Shown piece by piece: positions 25,751 through 39,645 of a stretch of DNA of 64,000 nucleotides (positions within the stretch are counted from its first letter, which is position 1; each line of letters begins with the position of its first letter). Source of the stretch: Octopus vulgaris (Eukaryota). The translations under genes and the position numbers were made by a program. The notes under the pieces were generated by a model that had not been told where the DNA came from, searched no databases, and worked only from the letters and a program-made list of their open reading frames with translations. The stretch lies in assembly GCA_951406725.2 (NCBI GenBank), contig OX597826.1, forward strand, positions 72,540,001 to 72,604,000, in the 5' to 3' direction.

Positions 25751-26720
25751 TTTCCAGCACTTCCCCTCGGCTTCCGCATTCTTCCTTTCCTACATTTTCC
25801 TTCCTCTCTGTTTCGCCCTGTTTTGCCTCTCTGCTTTGCCCTGCTTGCATCTCTGTTTTGCCCTGTTTTCCTCTCGCCGCTTTGTTCGCTATTTATTTGT
25901 GTGATTATTTATTTATCTTCCTTCTCCCCCCTCTCTCCACCTCCCTCTCCCTCTCTGCATCCATCCATCTATCCAAATAGTCAGCCTGCTTATTTATCTA
26001 TCTTTCCAAATCAGAAAAAAAAGTCTTCTCTCTTATGAGTAAAAATAGTTCTCGCTTAAATAATGCTTGATAGCTAAATACAGCCAGTCGTTGGCTGGAG
26101 AGTATAAAACCAACTTTAATGTACTTAATGTACTCAAATATGTAAAAGTACTGAAAAAAAAATCCTAAAATAATTACGATTTGATATCAGATATAAATTT
26201 TCTGGAAAAATAAATTTGTATGCTCTTAGGAAAGGAGTTTAGATTTTACGTTTGAGGCAGGAACAGTCACGTTGCAAGAGTGACCCGGGACAAATCACCT
26301 TAACTTAAAATATATGATAATCTATAAGAAATCTTGTACCTCTTCGTACCTAAGTCCAGGTACAAGTGTTCCCTGGTTCCTCTTTTACTACGCCTCTGGG
26401 CAGGGCTGTTTATTCGCAAAAAAAAAAAGAGAAGAAAAGTCACTTAGTTTTCACAAATTGTTCCTTGCTTCAAATTATCGCTGATTATGCAGACATATGA
26501 TCGAAGACATTCCAGGTGTGACAATCCAATTTTAGGTGTATCTAAGGTATCTACATTATCTAACACAATCTTTCCTTTATTTAAGAATATAGTGTTGTTT
26601 GAGGGAAATTTGGCTTCTATTTCTAGCAGGTCAAATGACCTTGTAGATGTTCCCTCATTAGCTCATTATAACCTATCAAGAGCTTAGCTTAGAAGTTACT
26701 TAACTTGATTTTAAAATATT

Positions 26721-26944
26721 TTTTACTCTTTTACTTGTTTCAGTCATTTGACTGTGGCCATACTGGAGCAACACCTTTAGTCGAACATATCGACCCCAGG
26801 ACTTATTCTTTGTAAGCCTAGTACTTATTTTATTGGTCTCTTTTGTCAAACCGCTAAGTTACGGGGATGTAAACACACTATCATTGGTTGTTAAGCGATG
26901 TTGGGGGGACAAACACAGACACACAAACATATATACACACACAT

Positions 26945-26997
<53 letters not shown>

Positions 26998-27166
26998 TAT
27001 ATATACGACGGGTTTCTTTTAGTTTCCGTCTACCAAATCCACTCACAAGGCTTTGGTCGGCCTGAGCGGAGGCTATAGTAGAAGACACTTGCCCAAGGTG
27101 CCACGCAGTGGCACTGAACCTGGTATCATGTGGTTTGTAAGCAAGCTACTTACCACACAGCCACTC
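26721..27166 (-). mobile_element. Full-length SINE family A
   Basis: Reverse-complement match to 7235-7635. Confidence 0.85.
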
Positions 27167-28103
27167 CAGATTTCATAAGAAAATTAGACATTGAAGAATA
27201 TTGTTGATTGCAGAAGTATGAAACACTGGATTATGGTTCAAGCAGAACTACATAATAATTGAAATTTAATTTTTGATTCCTTAGTGATTAAATCCTGAAA
27301 ATAAATAAATCAGGTACTACAGATTTAACTTAATGGGAAGTGTGCTATCACAGAGTGTGAATCATGGATTATAATATTGGGAGATGAATATGTAGAGAAT
27401 CATAAATCTGTCCATGAAAAGCAAACTTGCAAGATAACAATCTAACAAATGGCTTATATAACATCCTCTAGCAGTTGGCATATCAATGTAACAAGGTGGT
27501 GAACTGGCAAAAATGTTTAGTTCTGTCTTATGCTGTATGTTCTTATGTTCTGCCTTACAATTTGCAACACCCTTTTAGGATTGATCAACAATGAGTGCTT
27601 TTTCTGCAAATATTTGTGCAGTGCTTCCAATTGAAGACACTATTTCTTTGCATTAACTGTTTCACTTTGTTTTAACACTTCATAAATGATTATGCTCTTC
27701 ATGTCCCACCAAAATATAGAGCATAATTTCTTTTTCTGGTACAGTCCTGATTTGGGAATTGATCCTCCGTTTTTCATCTGTCTTTACTCTCTGAATTCAT
27801 TTTCCGCCGAGGTTAACTTACCTTTCATCCTTCTGGAGTCCAATAAAATAAGTACCAGTTGATCACTGGGATAGGTGTAATCAATTTACCCCCTGCTCCA
27901 ATATTGATAGCCATATGCTGGGCAAAAATGCTTTGCAGCATTTCGCCCATCTTTACTTTCTGTGTTCAAATTCTGCCATGGTTGACTTTGTCTTTCATTC
28001 TTTTAGGGTCAATAAAATAAGTACCAGTTAAACACTGGGATTGCTTTAATCAACCAGTCCTTTACCTGAATTTGCTGATCTTGTACCAAAATCTGAAACC
28101 ATT

Positions 28104-28472
28104 ATTACTTCTGCCTTAGTGAAGGCAGAGGTATTGTTTTCAGTCGTGTTTGTCTGTTTGCTTGTCCATGGACAAGATATCTCAAGAACCACTGGATGGA
28201 TTCAGATGAAACTTTCAGGGATGTTTGGCCTCATGACTGGCACACACTGCTCAGATTTTGGGATAGATCCCATACCAGACAAGGATTCTGGATTATTTTT
28301 CCTATTTTTGGCTAAATTTTTGAGAGTGGTTGAGTTCATTTTTAGCATTCTCACTTGTGAGAGCAGTCGAGTTACTTCAGATATTCCCATTTTAAAAATC
28401 ATCTCCGGCTAATCATTGAGAGGATGTTGGTGTTGCCTTGGCAGAGGTTTGTGCTCTATGAGTGCTCTTGTT
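28104..28472 (+). mobile_element. Non-autonomous Helentron/DINE-1-like rolling-circle element
   Basis: 5' ATTACTTCTGCCTT..AAGGCAGAGGTA hairpin, GTCTGTTTG-type microsatellite, subterminal CCTTGGCAGAGG inverted repeat and 3' GTGCTC..GAGTGC hairpin ending CTTGTT. Confidence 0.65.
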
Positions 28473-28759
28473 ATTTTCTGTGTTATGTATCAGTGTTTCA
28501 CTAAGTTTTGATCAAAACATTTAGTCTGCTCATTCTATTTTGTTCTACAATTTTTGAGGTAGCAATGTCCTTTTTTTGAGATATTGCTCTGTTTTATAGA
28601 TACTACTTCTTTAATTTCTATGCTTTGTAGTTAGAGCCTTAATTTGAGTTTATTTATATTTGCTGATGGTATTCGCAATAATAACGCAACTGTTTCACTC
28701 CTGCTACTTGTCTATTGATTGTCAGGCAGTGTTTATGGTGGCTTTAAGCCAGGTCCTGA

Positions 28760-29520
28760 GAGGCTAAAGCATGATATAGGGACAAACACAGGTGTCTTGC
28801 TATAAAGGAGATACATGATTACCTCAGATTATATAAGGATGAGTAGCAGTAACTGAGGAGAGGATAAAGATTATAGTGATGGAGTGCCAGAGCAAACTCT
28901 CAAACTACAAGAAGATGAACATAAGAGAGGGTATGGTCAGTGAAGTGGGGGTGGGAGAAGAGCTGGTGGGTAGTTTCATAAGAATGTGAGGGAAGAGATG
29001 GGGGTAGAGGTGACTGCATGGGGGGGGGGGGCAAAGGTGGTGGAGCAGCTGATGGGAAATATCAGTATGGAGAAGGTGGATAATGTGAGGGAGATAGCTG
29101 TAGTCCAGAAGGATGATGGATCAAAAGGTAGGGTGACAATGTGACATGTATAGGAGTTGTGGGGAGGGAGACGTGAGGGTACCTAAGGCTGTCTTTAGTG
29201 AATGAGGCATGAAGGTGGATATGAGAAGGGGTTGAGAATGATAGCAGATATGTGAGGTGTTAAGATAGAGTGTAGTTGAGGAGAGAGATACCTGAAAGCA
29301 CAGAAGAATAGTGTGGGAAGGAAAGGGTGGACAATAAGATTATCAAGATGGATGGTTCCAGGTGGAGAGGAGGTAACTGGGTATGCAAAGGGTGGGGGTG
29401 GGGGAAGTGATATGTGCCAGTTATGCTCTCAAGTGATTACAGCTGCCAAGTTAGTGCCATAGACAGAAGAGTGATGGAGTGCTAGGTGTTAGAGAAATAG
29501 GGTATATCTGTGCAAGAGGT
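28760..29520 (-). mobile_element. Purine-rich segment matching the reverse of the long 3' UTR of the second RTE subfamily
   Basis: CTAAAGCATGATATAGGGACAAACACAGGTGTCTTGCTATAAAGGAGATACATG matches the reverse complement of 50270-50330; a similar piece lies at 47715-47850. Confidence 0.55.
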
Positions 29521-31704
29521 GAGTTTACATGATGTATGTACTATCTGCAGGATGCGTATTCAAGTGCGATTGTAGAGAATTCAATGCATGCCTTCTGATA
29601 ATAACTGTGTAATTTGTAGTAGTAAAAGCTGCATTGTAAAAGTTGTGGGAGCTGTAATGACAGTGGCTGTAAGTTGTTGCATTTGCCTATGGTTGTCATC
29701 ATCATCATTTAACGTCCACTTTCCATGCCAGCATGGGTTGGACGATTTGACTGAGGACTGGCGAACCACATAGCTGCACCAGGCTCCAATCTGATCTGGC
29801 AGAGTTTCTACAGCTGGATGCCCTTCCTAATACCAACCACTCCAAGAGTGTAGTGGGTGCTTCTACGTGTCACCGGCACGAGGGCCAGTCAGGCAGTACT
29901 GGCAACATCCATGCTCAAACAGTGTTTTTTATGTGCCACCTGCACAGGAGCCAGCCCAGTGGCACTGGCAACAACCTTGTTTGAATGTTTTTTCACGTGC
30001 TACTGGCACAACTGCCAGTAAGGTGACACTGGTAATGATCATGCTCAAATGGTGCTTTTTATGTCCCACTGGATGGAAGCCAGTTAGCTGCTTTTGCAAC
30101 TGTACATATGTATATCATGTATCTGTATAATATTGAGATAAGCTTAAATACACTGGTATTTCTAGGCTATGTGTACTGGTTTGTAACTCTAGGCTGCGGA
30201 ATTTGAACTCAGGACATAAAGGCAGATGAAATACCGCTAAACGTTTTGCCCGGCATGCTAATGGTTCTGCCAGCTCATTGCCTAAATGCTTGTATAAATG
30301 ATAGTGACAATCATTTTATAAATAAGGGGCACTTTCAAGGCAAGGAGACACAAGCATACACTCACACATACATATATGCATACATACACACATACATACA
30401 TTCATACATATACACACATATATATGATGACCTTCGGTATTTTGTCTGCCGTTACGTTCTGAGTCCAAATTCCACTGTAGGTCGACTGCCTTTCATCCTT
30501 TCGGGGTCGATAAATAAAGTACCACTTATACACTTGGGTCGATGTAATTGACTTAATCCCTTTGTCTGTTCTTGTTTGTCCCCTCTGTGTTTAGCCCCTT
30601 GTGGGTAATAAAGAAATATATATGATGACCTTATTTCAGTTTCTGTCTGCCAAATTTATTCACAAGGCTTTGGTCAGATCAGGGCTATAGCAGAAGACAC
30701 TTGCCTAAGATGACCACAGTTGGATTGAACCCAAAACCATGTGGTTGAAAAGCAAACTTCTTATCACATAGCCATGCCTGCACTCATATATACATATCAT
30801 CATCATCATCATCATCATCAATTAATGTCTATTCTCCATGCTGGCATGGGTTGGACAGTTCGACAGGAGTTGGCCAGCTGTAGAGCTGCCCAGGATCTGT
30901 TTGTATGTTCTGCCATGTATGTGTGTGTATGTCCCTGTGAGTATGTGTGTGTGTGTGTGTGTGCGTACGCGTGTGAGTGTGTGTGTGTAAAAAAAAGACT
31001 ATTTTTTTATTTATGTAATCTTTCTATAAAGTGTGGGGAAAAAAGCATGCATGCTGGTTTATAAACTTCTGCTCCATTGTAGGAAAGTGTTCTGCTATGG
31101 AAAGGCCAGCTACATTGCATTGTTTCTCCACATAGTTGTAGAACTGTATTTGTGTCTTTGTGTAATTGTCAAAGCCTGTTGTTTCTTTGTATAGTTGTTG
31201 AGATAAAGTTGCTAAAAATTAAATGGTGAGTAAACTCTGCCTGTAAAGCTTTTCTGCTGTGTGACTAAAAGAAACCAGTTATTATATCATCTGTCAAAGT
31301 TACTGATTGGTCAAAATTGTGATGATGTCAGCACGTCTGTTGATAAATTAGGCTCACAAACTGAATAGTCTGACAGATGATGACATAGGTGTATCTCTTG
31401 ATGTCAGCCTATCTGTTACTAAACAATTATTAAGAAATGTAAACTACCAATTTGTAGACCAACATTCTTGTCCAGTCACGAACAAACTGTGAGCTGTAAG
31501 ACTTTCTGAATAGCACGTCAATGAAACATCCCCTTGAATTTTTTTTGTAGTGTGACCCACCTGATGATGAACCATGTCTTGTGTGGCCCACTTCTCAAAA
31601 ATGGTTACCCATGTCTGTTCTAGTCACTGGAGTGCTACAAATATTACAGTGAGTATTCTCTAAAGTTTTGAAGCTAAAGCTTCATCACTTACAGCTGTGT
31701 TTCA

Positions 31705-32119
31705 ACTCTTTTACTCTTTTACTCTTTTACTTGTTTCAGTCCTTTGACTGCGGCCATGCTGGAGCACCGCCTTTAGTCAAGCAAATCGACCCCGGGACTT
31801 ATTCTTTGTAAGCCCAGTACTTATTCTATCAGTCTCTTTTGCCGAACCACTAAGTGACAGCAACGTAAACACACCAGCATCAGTTGTCAAGCAATGCTAG
31901 GGGGACAAACACAGACACACAAACATGCACACATATATATATATATACATATATACGACGGGCTTCTTTCAGTTTCCGTCTACCAAATCCACTCACAAGG
32001 CTTTGGTCGGCCCGAGGCTATAGTAGAAGACACTTGCCCAAGGTGCCACGCAGTGGGACTGAACCCGGAACCATGTGGTTGGTAAGCAAGCTACTTACCA
32101 CACAGCCACTCCTGCACCT
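31705..32119 (-). mobile_element. Full-length SINE family A
   Basis: Close to consensus, with a (CTCTTTTA)n tail on the + strand. Confidence 0.85.
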
Positions 32120-32258
32120 AACTAGTAACTAACTGATGAAGATTTGAGATATGAAACAAGTTGTAATTTGTGAAGTTCCAGTTTCAAAATTTATATATTC
32201 CTCTTCTTTGTTGCCATCCGGCTATCTATCTGAGGCTTTATTTAGCTATGGTGCAACC

Positions 32259-32692
32259 TCACCTGGCAGCTGACTTGGCAGACACCCATAAAATTATTAA
32301 CCATCTTACAAACAATAATTCTGAGCGCCTTTTCAAACTCCACCTGTCTAACACCTGTGGACATGTTTACAAAGTCAGAAAACAGCACAGCTCCCATGAC
32401 TTTCGGAAACATTTTTTCACACTAAGAGTTACTGAAGTATGGAACAAACTGCCGGCATCAGTTGTTAGTTGTCGGAGCACTGCATCCTTCAAAACATCCA
32501 TGCTTCCTGAGATTCGCTAACACTACACCTGATTTTCTCCTCCCCTCCATACACACACAAGCATGTATCTAACTCATACACTGTTCACTTCCCAGACATT
32601 TGTACATTACTGCATATACTTTATAAGCACTTTGGACAAGTTGTGGTGCACCTGAGTATTGTATACAATAATTTCATCATTATTATTATTAT
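32259..32692 (+). mobile_element. CR1-clade LINE 3' end
   Basis: ORF 32170-32520 encodes DLADTHKII...TCGHVYKV...RKHFFTLRVTEVWNKLP...FKT, the typical CR1 ORF2 C-terminus. A short 3' UTR and an (ATT)n tail follow. Confidence 0.85.
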
Positions 32693-33683
32693 AACAGCTT
32701 CCACATTTCACTGTAGGAGACAGCCTTGGGGATCATCATGTCCTTCAAATACCTTATATGGTCCACTCAGTATAAACTGCAAATCCAACTGGATAGATTC
32801 AATACTAGGCATACTCGTGTGCTGCCAGACTACCTCTTTAGAGATGTGGTCACTCTATCAAATGTTTGTTAGAGATTGTAGCAGGTGCAACTGACTACTC
32901 CACAGTCTTTTGACATCCTGTTGATATAGTGTGTAGACCTTAACAGAAAACAACACACACAAACACGCACGTGTGTGTGTGTGTGTATGCATATGTGTGC
33001 TTGATTTAAGAAGATTTTGTTCCACTTTTTGGCATATGAAAAAAATGAAACACAAGGAATAAAATTCACCATTTTCCTTCTTCACAATTTTACATCAAGG
33101 ATCTATGATGCAATAATTTGGCATTTAAAGAGTCACACTTACATAACAATCTTCCAAAAAAGCCTAAGATCCTTAATGAAAGTTTCTCTTGGGGGCTATT
33201 AAATGATTCCTATACACACTTCTGTTTAATGTCTCACTTGGGAAAATGCTATAACCAGAGTAGATCAGCTTCCACCAACTTTGTGATCTGTCAGTTTGCC
33301 ATAACAACAAAAATTGAAGCCACTACTAGTAAGGCCATACTGGAGCAGTGATTGCAGTATGGTCTTGCAGTGATGGCTAAAATGAAAGAATTTGGGCAGC
33401 GCTCCAATGTAGCCTTAATTGTGATTGCTGAAATAAACTAAAGAACTACTGAAAGAAATACAAATTTATCATACCATTTTACCATTGTTGAGGATATAAA
33501 TATCACAACTGCAACAGCAGTCTGTGTTTGAATGAGATCAGTTTACAGGTGAAATGGCTGAATAAAAATTATCTGGAACCACCTCCTTAAAAGTCCTGAG
33601 TTCATATCTCTTTTGTGCATTTCATTGTGCTTCTTTGTAGGAAGTTAGTTATACCAAATTTATTAAAAAAATTCACCCTAAAC

Positions 33684-34297
33684 CAGCGGTTCTCAACTGT
33701 GGCTTCCAGGGCCACATATGGTCCTCAAACATCCTTCTGGCTGTCCCCAACAGTCCTCTCTCCTTTTCTTTTGTCTTTTCTTTTACTTGCTTCAGTCATT
33801 TGACTGTGGCCATGCTGGAGCACCCCCTTGAAGGATTTTAGTTGAACAAATCAACCTCAAGACTTTTCAGTATTATTTTTAAAGCCTGGTACTTATTCTA
33901 TCCACCTCTTTGTCAAACTGCTATGTTATGGGGGATGCAAACACACAAACACTGGTTGTCAAGGGGTGGTTGGAGACAGACACAGACAGAAGGCCACACA
34001 TACATCCACAAATGCACACACACACTCACATGATGGGCTTTTTTCGGTTTCCATTTGCCAAATCCACTCACAATGCTACAGTAGAAGACACTTGCCCAAA
34101 ATGCCATGTAGTGAGACTGAATCCAGAACCATTGTGGTTGGAAAGCAAGTTTCTTACCATACAGTCATACCTGCACCTATAATTGAAATAAACTTTTCTT
34201 AAATTGACTTGTGTTTTACCTTTTTTTTTGGTGTGGTCCCCTGAAAAAAAACTGGCTTTGGGTCTGGTCCAGATATTAAAAAGATTAAGAACCCCTG
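33684..34297. mobile_element. hAT (Charlie-like) MITE with a nested SINE A
   Basis: TIRs CAGCGGTTCTCAAC and ATTAAGAACCCCTG; flanks CCCTAAAC and TTCTAAAC form a decayed 8-bp TSD; SINE A is inserted at about 33775-34178. Confidence 0.65.
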
Positions 34298-34435
34298 TTC
34301 TAAACACTTGATTCTACCTGTCCCACTTCACCTAATTGTTGGGAAATGTTAATCAATCTTAAGAGAATGTTACTTATGAGTAACTAGTATTCCCTCCTGA
34401 AGAATGGTTATTTCATTCATTTTTTATTTATTTAT

Positions 34436-34739
34436 TCGCCCTTTTCAAGCCTAGCCAGGCTCATGGGCCCGGTTTCCTGGTTTCTATGATGTATGTGTTC
34501 CCACCAGCTGGAAGAGACGCCAGTCCATCGCAGTATTACTCAAGAAACAGGAAGAAAGAGTGAGAGAAAGTTGGGGCGAAAGAGTTCAACAGGGGTCGCC
34601 CCCCCCACCCCTGCCGGAGCCTCGTGGAGCTTTAGGTGTTTTCGTTCAATAAACACACACAACGCCCAGTCTGGGAATCAAAACCTGATCCTCCGACCGC
34701 AAGTCCGCTGCCCTACCCACTGGGCCATTGCACCTCCAC
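34436..34739 (-). mobile_element. tRNA-headed SINE, family D-related, with GCGATGGACTGGCGTC domain
   Basis: Reverse-complement match to 52862-53155; A and B boxes present. Confidence 0.8.
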
Positions 34740-35220
34740 ATTTCATTCATTTAATATCATAAAATTGCCAAGTCGGCTTCTGCAGGGCTGACTAGGACTA
34801 CACAACAACAACAACAACAATAGTAAGCATGAAACCAGTCTTTATGGATTTTCAAGACTTTTTTCAAATAGTTTGGTCTGCATGAAGAAGCTGTGCCCAT
34901 GATCTTTGCAGACCCTCTAGCACCAGTATGACTGATGCCATTGATGCTCTTGAACAATAGTGAGTCAATGACTACAAGAGAAATATGAATTAGGAAGAGC
35001 TTCCAGAGGTCTGCCTTGTGGATAGCAAGAAGTGGAAATAGTGGTGGGACCTATAGAGTATACACAATGTGGGTGACGAGACAAAGAGAAAGGAGTGGGT
35101 TGAGTGGTCATGAGTAGAAGAGGAATGAGACCAGAAAATCTGAGGAACAGAGGCCATTGCTGCAGTGGTAGAAAGGCAGACAATAAAACAGCATGTCTTG
35201 CTGGTCAGAGATTGCTGTGT

Positions 35221-35330
35221 GTTGGTGGGTGACTTCATACTAATTAGTTCTAATCAGTGACTTCATACTAATTAGTTTAAATCAGCAACTTCATGCTAAT
35301 CAGTTGGTGGGCGACTTCATACTAATGAGT
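35221..35330. repeat. 26-28-bp tandem repeat x4 (GACTTCATACTAATTAGTT core)
   Basis: Four adjacent copies of ACTTCAT(A/G)CTAAT.AGT. Confidence 0.8.
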
Positions 35331-36779
35331 GGTTATTATCTGCATATGAGTAAGTATGAATGTATATACATCCGTAACATTGTCTGAAATAAGGAAGCAT
35401 TATTCCATTATAAGTCTCACTTATGCGTTTTAGAGAGTCAACAGCCAATGAGAGCTGAAGTATTTTCTGGCATCAGAAATGAAGGCAAGTCTTTAGGATG
35501 TTGTACATTTGATGTACCATTTGTTGCAATTTTGCTGGTTTTAATTGCGTGTTGTTCATGACTAGGTGTGGTGGGTTACAAAAGTGTTTCCTTCATGTAT
35601 TCAGTGGTTATGTCTTTATGTTATTGCAAAAGGCAAAATTAACGCAACACTATAAGAAGATATTTTCAAAGTTTCTATTAATAGGGGAAGTGCATGCTTG
35701 GCATCAGGTGTCGTATTTCATGCAGATGATTCTTCATCATCATCATCATCCTCATCATTGTTTAATGTCCGCTTTCCATGGGTTGGATGATTTGACTGAG
35801 GACTGGCGAACCAGATGGCTGCACCAGGCTCCAATCTTGATCTGGCAGAGTTTCTACAGCTGGATGCCCTTCCTAATTCCAACCACTCAGAGAGTGTAGT
35901 GGGTGCTTTTACATGCCACCGGCATGAGGGCCAGTCAGGCGGTACTGGCAATGATCTCATTCGAATCTTTGTACACATGCCACTGGCACAGGTGCCAGTA
36001 AGGCGACGCTGGTAACGATCACGCTTGAATGGTGCCTTTTACTTGTCACCGGCATGGAAGCCAGTTAGTCGCTCTGGCAACGATCACGCTCTTGAATGTG
36101 GTAAATTACAGAGAAGTGAATTACTTGAATAGGAATTGGTATTCTGAGAAGTGCAGCTCGTAGTTTTTTGGAGGAAGAGCATGAACACATAGATAAACCT
36201 TGAGGAACAGCACAATTGATAGACTATGGGTGAGAGAAAGCTCCACGGGGACATTCTACAAGGGTGAAATCTCATAGAAAGCTTTCATTTCAAAAGATGA
36301 GTAATGAATGGAGCCAATAGGTATGTGGTTGAGCTAAAAGATTTGCTTACTACCCATACTCAAAGAGAATTGCACAAAATTTTCTTTCTCTATTTCTCTT
36401 TTAATAATTTAGGGTTCTAAAGCAGAAAAAGTGGAATTCTGACTAAATGTGTTCCAGAATTTAACATAATTCCATTACTTCCTGAGTTCTAATTCTGCAA
36501 TGTATGACTTTGATTTTCATCTCTTTCGGCATCAATAAAGTGAGTTTTTGTTATACACAATAACTAATTCAATAAGATGTACTCTTTCTTTATATAATTC
36601 ATTTATCTGGTATCACTGAAGAATTAGTCATCATATATTGTATTTTGAGCAAGTTTCTCACACTCCAAGTTATATTACTCATAATGAGAGTTCAACTAAG
36701 CAGCTTAAGCTGATGAAAGACTTTTCCATATTGCCATTGCTTATGAGATCATTGCATGATTGCTTTTGGATGTGTGTGG

Positions 36780-37340
36780 TGTTGAAGGCAATTGTCATGT
36801 AATCTAGCTGGCTGTGTGTATAATGAATGAAGTAAACTCATGAACTTTTAACTCTTAACACATTTATTGCTGGACATGATTTACTGTATTGGCTGTTTAC
36901 AAAAGAAAGATGCTGATAATATAAAGCTGACTGGGAGAAGAGAACTGTTCTGTCATGAAGAAAGCTAGTTGTGGCACATCCTGTGTGGGAGTCTGAAGTT
37001 GTCTCTTGCTCACGGTGGCCTGTCTGAGTGTCCAAAGAGGTCTGGTCTGAGCAGTCTGTTTTCTGTGAGTGTCCAAGGTGGTCTATGTGAATGCCTGAGG
37101 TTGACTTCTCTTGCAGTCTGCTACAGCTGTCTATGTGAATGTCAAAGGTCGTCTGGCTGAGTTAGGCTCCCAATGGTTTTTATAGGGTGAAAAGGAGGCA
37201 AATTTTAGATCATCCAAGAAGCCATATTGCACCTCAGCTTCACATTGATTGGTCTATTTATAGATCAATCATATGAAATTGTGGAGGCTCATTTGTTATC
37301 TTGTGGTTGGGGTTCAGATCCCTTCAAGTTGTTCCTGACC
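36780..37340 (-). mobile_element. LTR-like element, copy 1
   Basis: Collinear with 40184-40712 and begins TGTTGAA. The - strand has TATAAAA followed downstream by AATAAA. Confidence 0.55.
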
Positions 37341-37434
37341 CTCAGTATCTATTGAAATCTAAATGGTCTGTGCCATTTCAGAAACAAATGTCATGACCAA
37401 AGACACAGTACAGTGACAAATAAGATATGAACTA

Positions 37435-38702
37435 TCAGGTCATCCCATAAGTTCTGTCCCAATTTTGAATAAAGAATACAAGTGATCAAATGTTATATTT
37501 AATTGAAATTTAATCATCAATGTACTTACCCTGATTATCTATGACTTCCTTCCATCTATTTATAAGCTTTTTAATCCTATCAATGTAAAAACACTTTTGG
37601 TTTCAAAGTGAAGAACTCTGAAATGTCAGTTTTGCCCTCTTTCTGGCTTGCGAAAGTTATGTCCCCCAAATGATTCTGTAAACTACGAAACAAATGGAGC
37701 AAGGTTGGGAGAATAAAGTGGATGAGGAATTTTTTCCCAACCAAGCTCTTCAATCTTTTGTGATGTGATCTTTGCAGTGTGGGGTCACGTATTGACCTGA
37801 TGAAACATCACTCCTTTTCAATTCACTAAAGCGGGTCTTTTTTCTTCAAAGCTTGGTTCAACCACTCTAGTTGCTGACAGTAGACTTGAGCATTGATTGT
37901 TGCATTAGGTGGTAACAATTCAAAGTGAATTACTCCTTTGCAATCCCACCAGATAGAGAGAACCTTTTTACCATGAAGTTCCCTTCTTGGATGTGGTTGA
38001 GCTTTTTTCCCTTTTACCAAGCCACTGTTTATAACATTTAACATTTCGATAGAAGATCCATTTTTCCTCACCAGTTACAAGTCTATCCAAAAAGGGTGAA
38101 ATGAGTTTGCGAGAATGGAGAGAAGAACAGATGTCAACTTGGGATTTGCAGTTGCTTGCGGACAATTCATGAGGCACATTTTCCAAGTTTAGGAACCTTT
38201 CCAAGTTGTTGAAGATGACGATGAACAGTTGTATGGTTTTAACTAAGCTTTATTGCCAATTCTTTAACTGATAATGCAGGATTTTCTTCAAGTGATGTCT
38301 CAAGGAGCTTATCATCAAACAGGACATCCTGTTCGATCTTATCTTCAAGGCTGAAATCTCCACTTCTGAATTTTGCAAACCATTTTCTGCAAGTTCTTTC
38401 ATTCAAGTATTCTTTCCCATAAACTGAGTGTATGTTTTGAGTTGCTTTGGCTGCAGAGTTTCCTTTTTTGTACTCATAAAGCATTATGTGCCTCAAATGC
38501 TCTTTGGATACTTTCATGTTAGAAAGGGTTTGAATCAAAGAAATTTTAATTCTATTCTTCTGTAAAATAATATTTAATTAGTTTAAATGCACACAAATGC
38601 ATAAAAATATTTTTTAATTCCATTAGACATTCTAAAATACTATTAAATTTCATTCAATTTTAAAAAAAGGTAAAATCGGACAGATCTCATGGGATGACCT
38701 GA
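37435..38702 (-). mobile_element. Full-length (~1.27 kb) mariner DNA transposon, decayed
   Basis: TIRs TCAGGTCATCCCATAAGTTCTGTCC and GGACAGATCTCATGGGATGACCTGA, with TA on both sides (37433-34 and 38703-04). Confidence 0.93.
37510..38517 (-). pseudogene. Frameshifted mariner transposase
   Basis: Fragments in different frames: MKVSKEHLRHIMLYEYKKG...WFAKFRSGDFSLED, VPHELS, LVTGEEKWIFY, IWWDCKGVIHFELL...YCQQL, and a C-terminal GKYIDD*. The first catalytic Asp appears as Glu (TGEEKW). Confidence 0.92.
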
Positions 38703-38929
38703 TATTTACCTCTTGGCAGCTTGTTTTACATCATCAATTTGTCCATTTGTTCTTCTTGAGCCAATATAAGAAATCAATGATTTAAAGTGCTCTGTATTGT
38801 TGTAGTTATTATGATTAACATGTTGAGGGATCGATAGGAAAAAGAATCATCTTCAACAATGTTATTACTAACAGCTAATATTCTTGTGTACATATAGATA
38901 TATATGTACACAAAAAAAAGTTTTTTTAT

Positions 38930-39278
38930 AATTATAAACATGATTAAGGGATTAGCAAAAAGTTGCTTCACCACATACCGAAAATTTAGAAATACCAGTC
39001 AAAACTACTAATTCTTTTGATACAATATATCTTCACTGACAGTAATACTCGCAACTCAAATAGGCAAAAAAAAAGAAAAAAATAACGAAACTATACAGCC
39101 TTCATGAATCATGTACACGTTTCGGGATTAGAATTGTAAAATTCATTTCCTTCGTCAGCATGATATTCGAGATTATAAATTTGAAAGTGCTAACATAATT
39201 CATGCATGTTTGATCAAGAGACATCAAACATAACATAAGATAAACAGCATTTCCGAATTTATATATAAATGCGGAAAT
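38930..39278 (-). mobile_element. Penelope-like relic (family P5) between AT-rich/(TA) tracts carrying a hammerhead
   Basis: Contains the hammerhead at 39108-39164; the - strand 3' end reads GCTAATCCCCTTAATCATGTTTATAA. Confidence 0.55.
39108..39164 (-). ncRNA. Minimal type-I hammerhead ribozyme motif (best preserved)
   Basis: The - strand reads AUCAUG-CUGACGA-AGGA..GAAUU(UUAC)AAUUC..UCCC-GAAA-CGUG-UA-CAUGAU: 6-bp stem I, canonical core, near-palindromic ACGUGU stem III and a GUA triplet. Confidence 0.8.
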
Positions 39279-39438
39279 ATATATATATATCATCATCATT
39301 TAGCGTCCGCTTTCCATGCTAGCATGGGTTGGACAGTTCAACTGGGGTCTGTGAAGCTGGAAGGCTTCGTCAGGCCCAGTCAGATCTGGCAGTGTTTCTA
39401 CGGCTGGATGCCCTTCCTAACGCCAATATATATATATA

Positions 39439-39645
39439 ATAATAATATTAGGGAATAAATCCAAACTTACAGGGATAAATTAGATTTAGGATTAAATCCA
39501 ATTTTATAGTATAAATATATTATATTATATTAAATTAGAGATAAAACCACTATTAGGCAAATCAAACAGTGAAAAACATAAGCCAATACATAAAATTAAT
39601 TAAGATTTGCCTAATAGTGGTTTTATCTCTAATTTAATATAATAT
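39439..39645 (+). mobile_element. Fold-back cassette in (TA)n, second copy of family P1
   Basis: Perfect 42-bp inverted arms at 39522-39563 and 39604-39645; homologous to 6243-6537. Confidence 0.75.

Noticed and set aside
31556-31600. CTGATGA core after CCCAC
   Set aside because: No GAAA or stem III follows; more likely part of a decayed hAT end.
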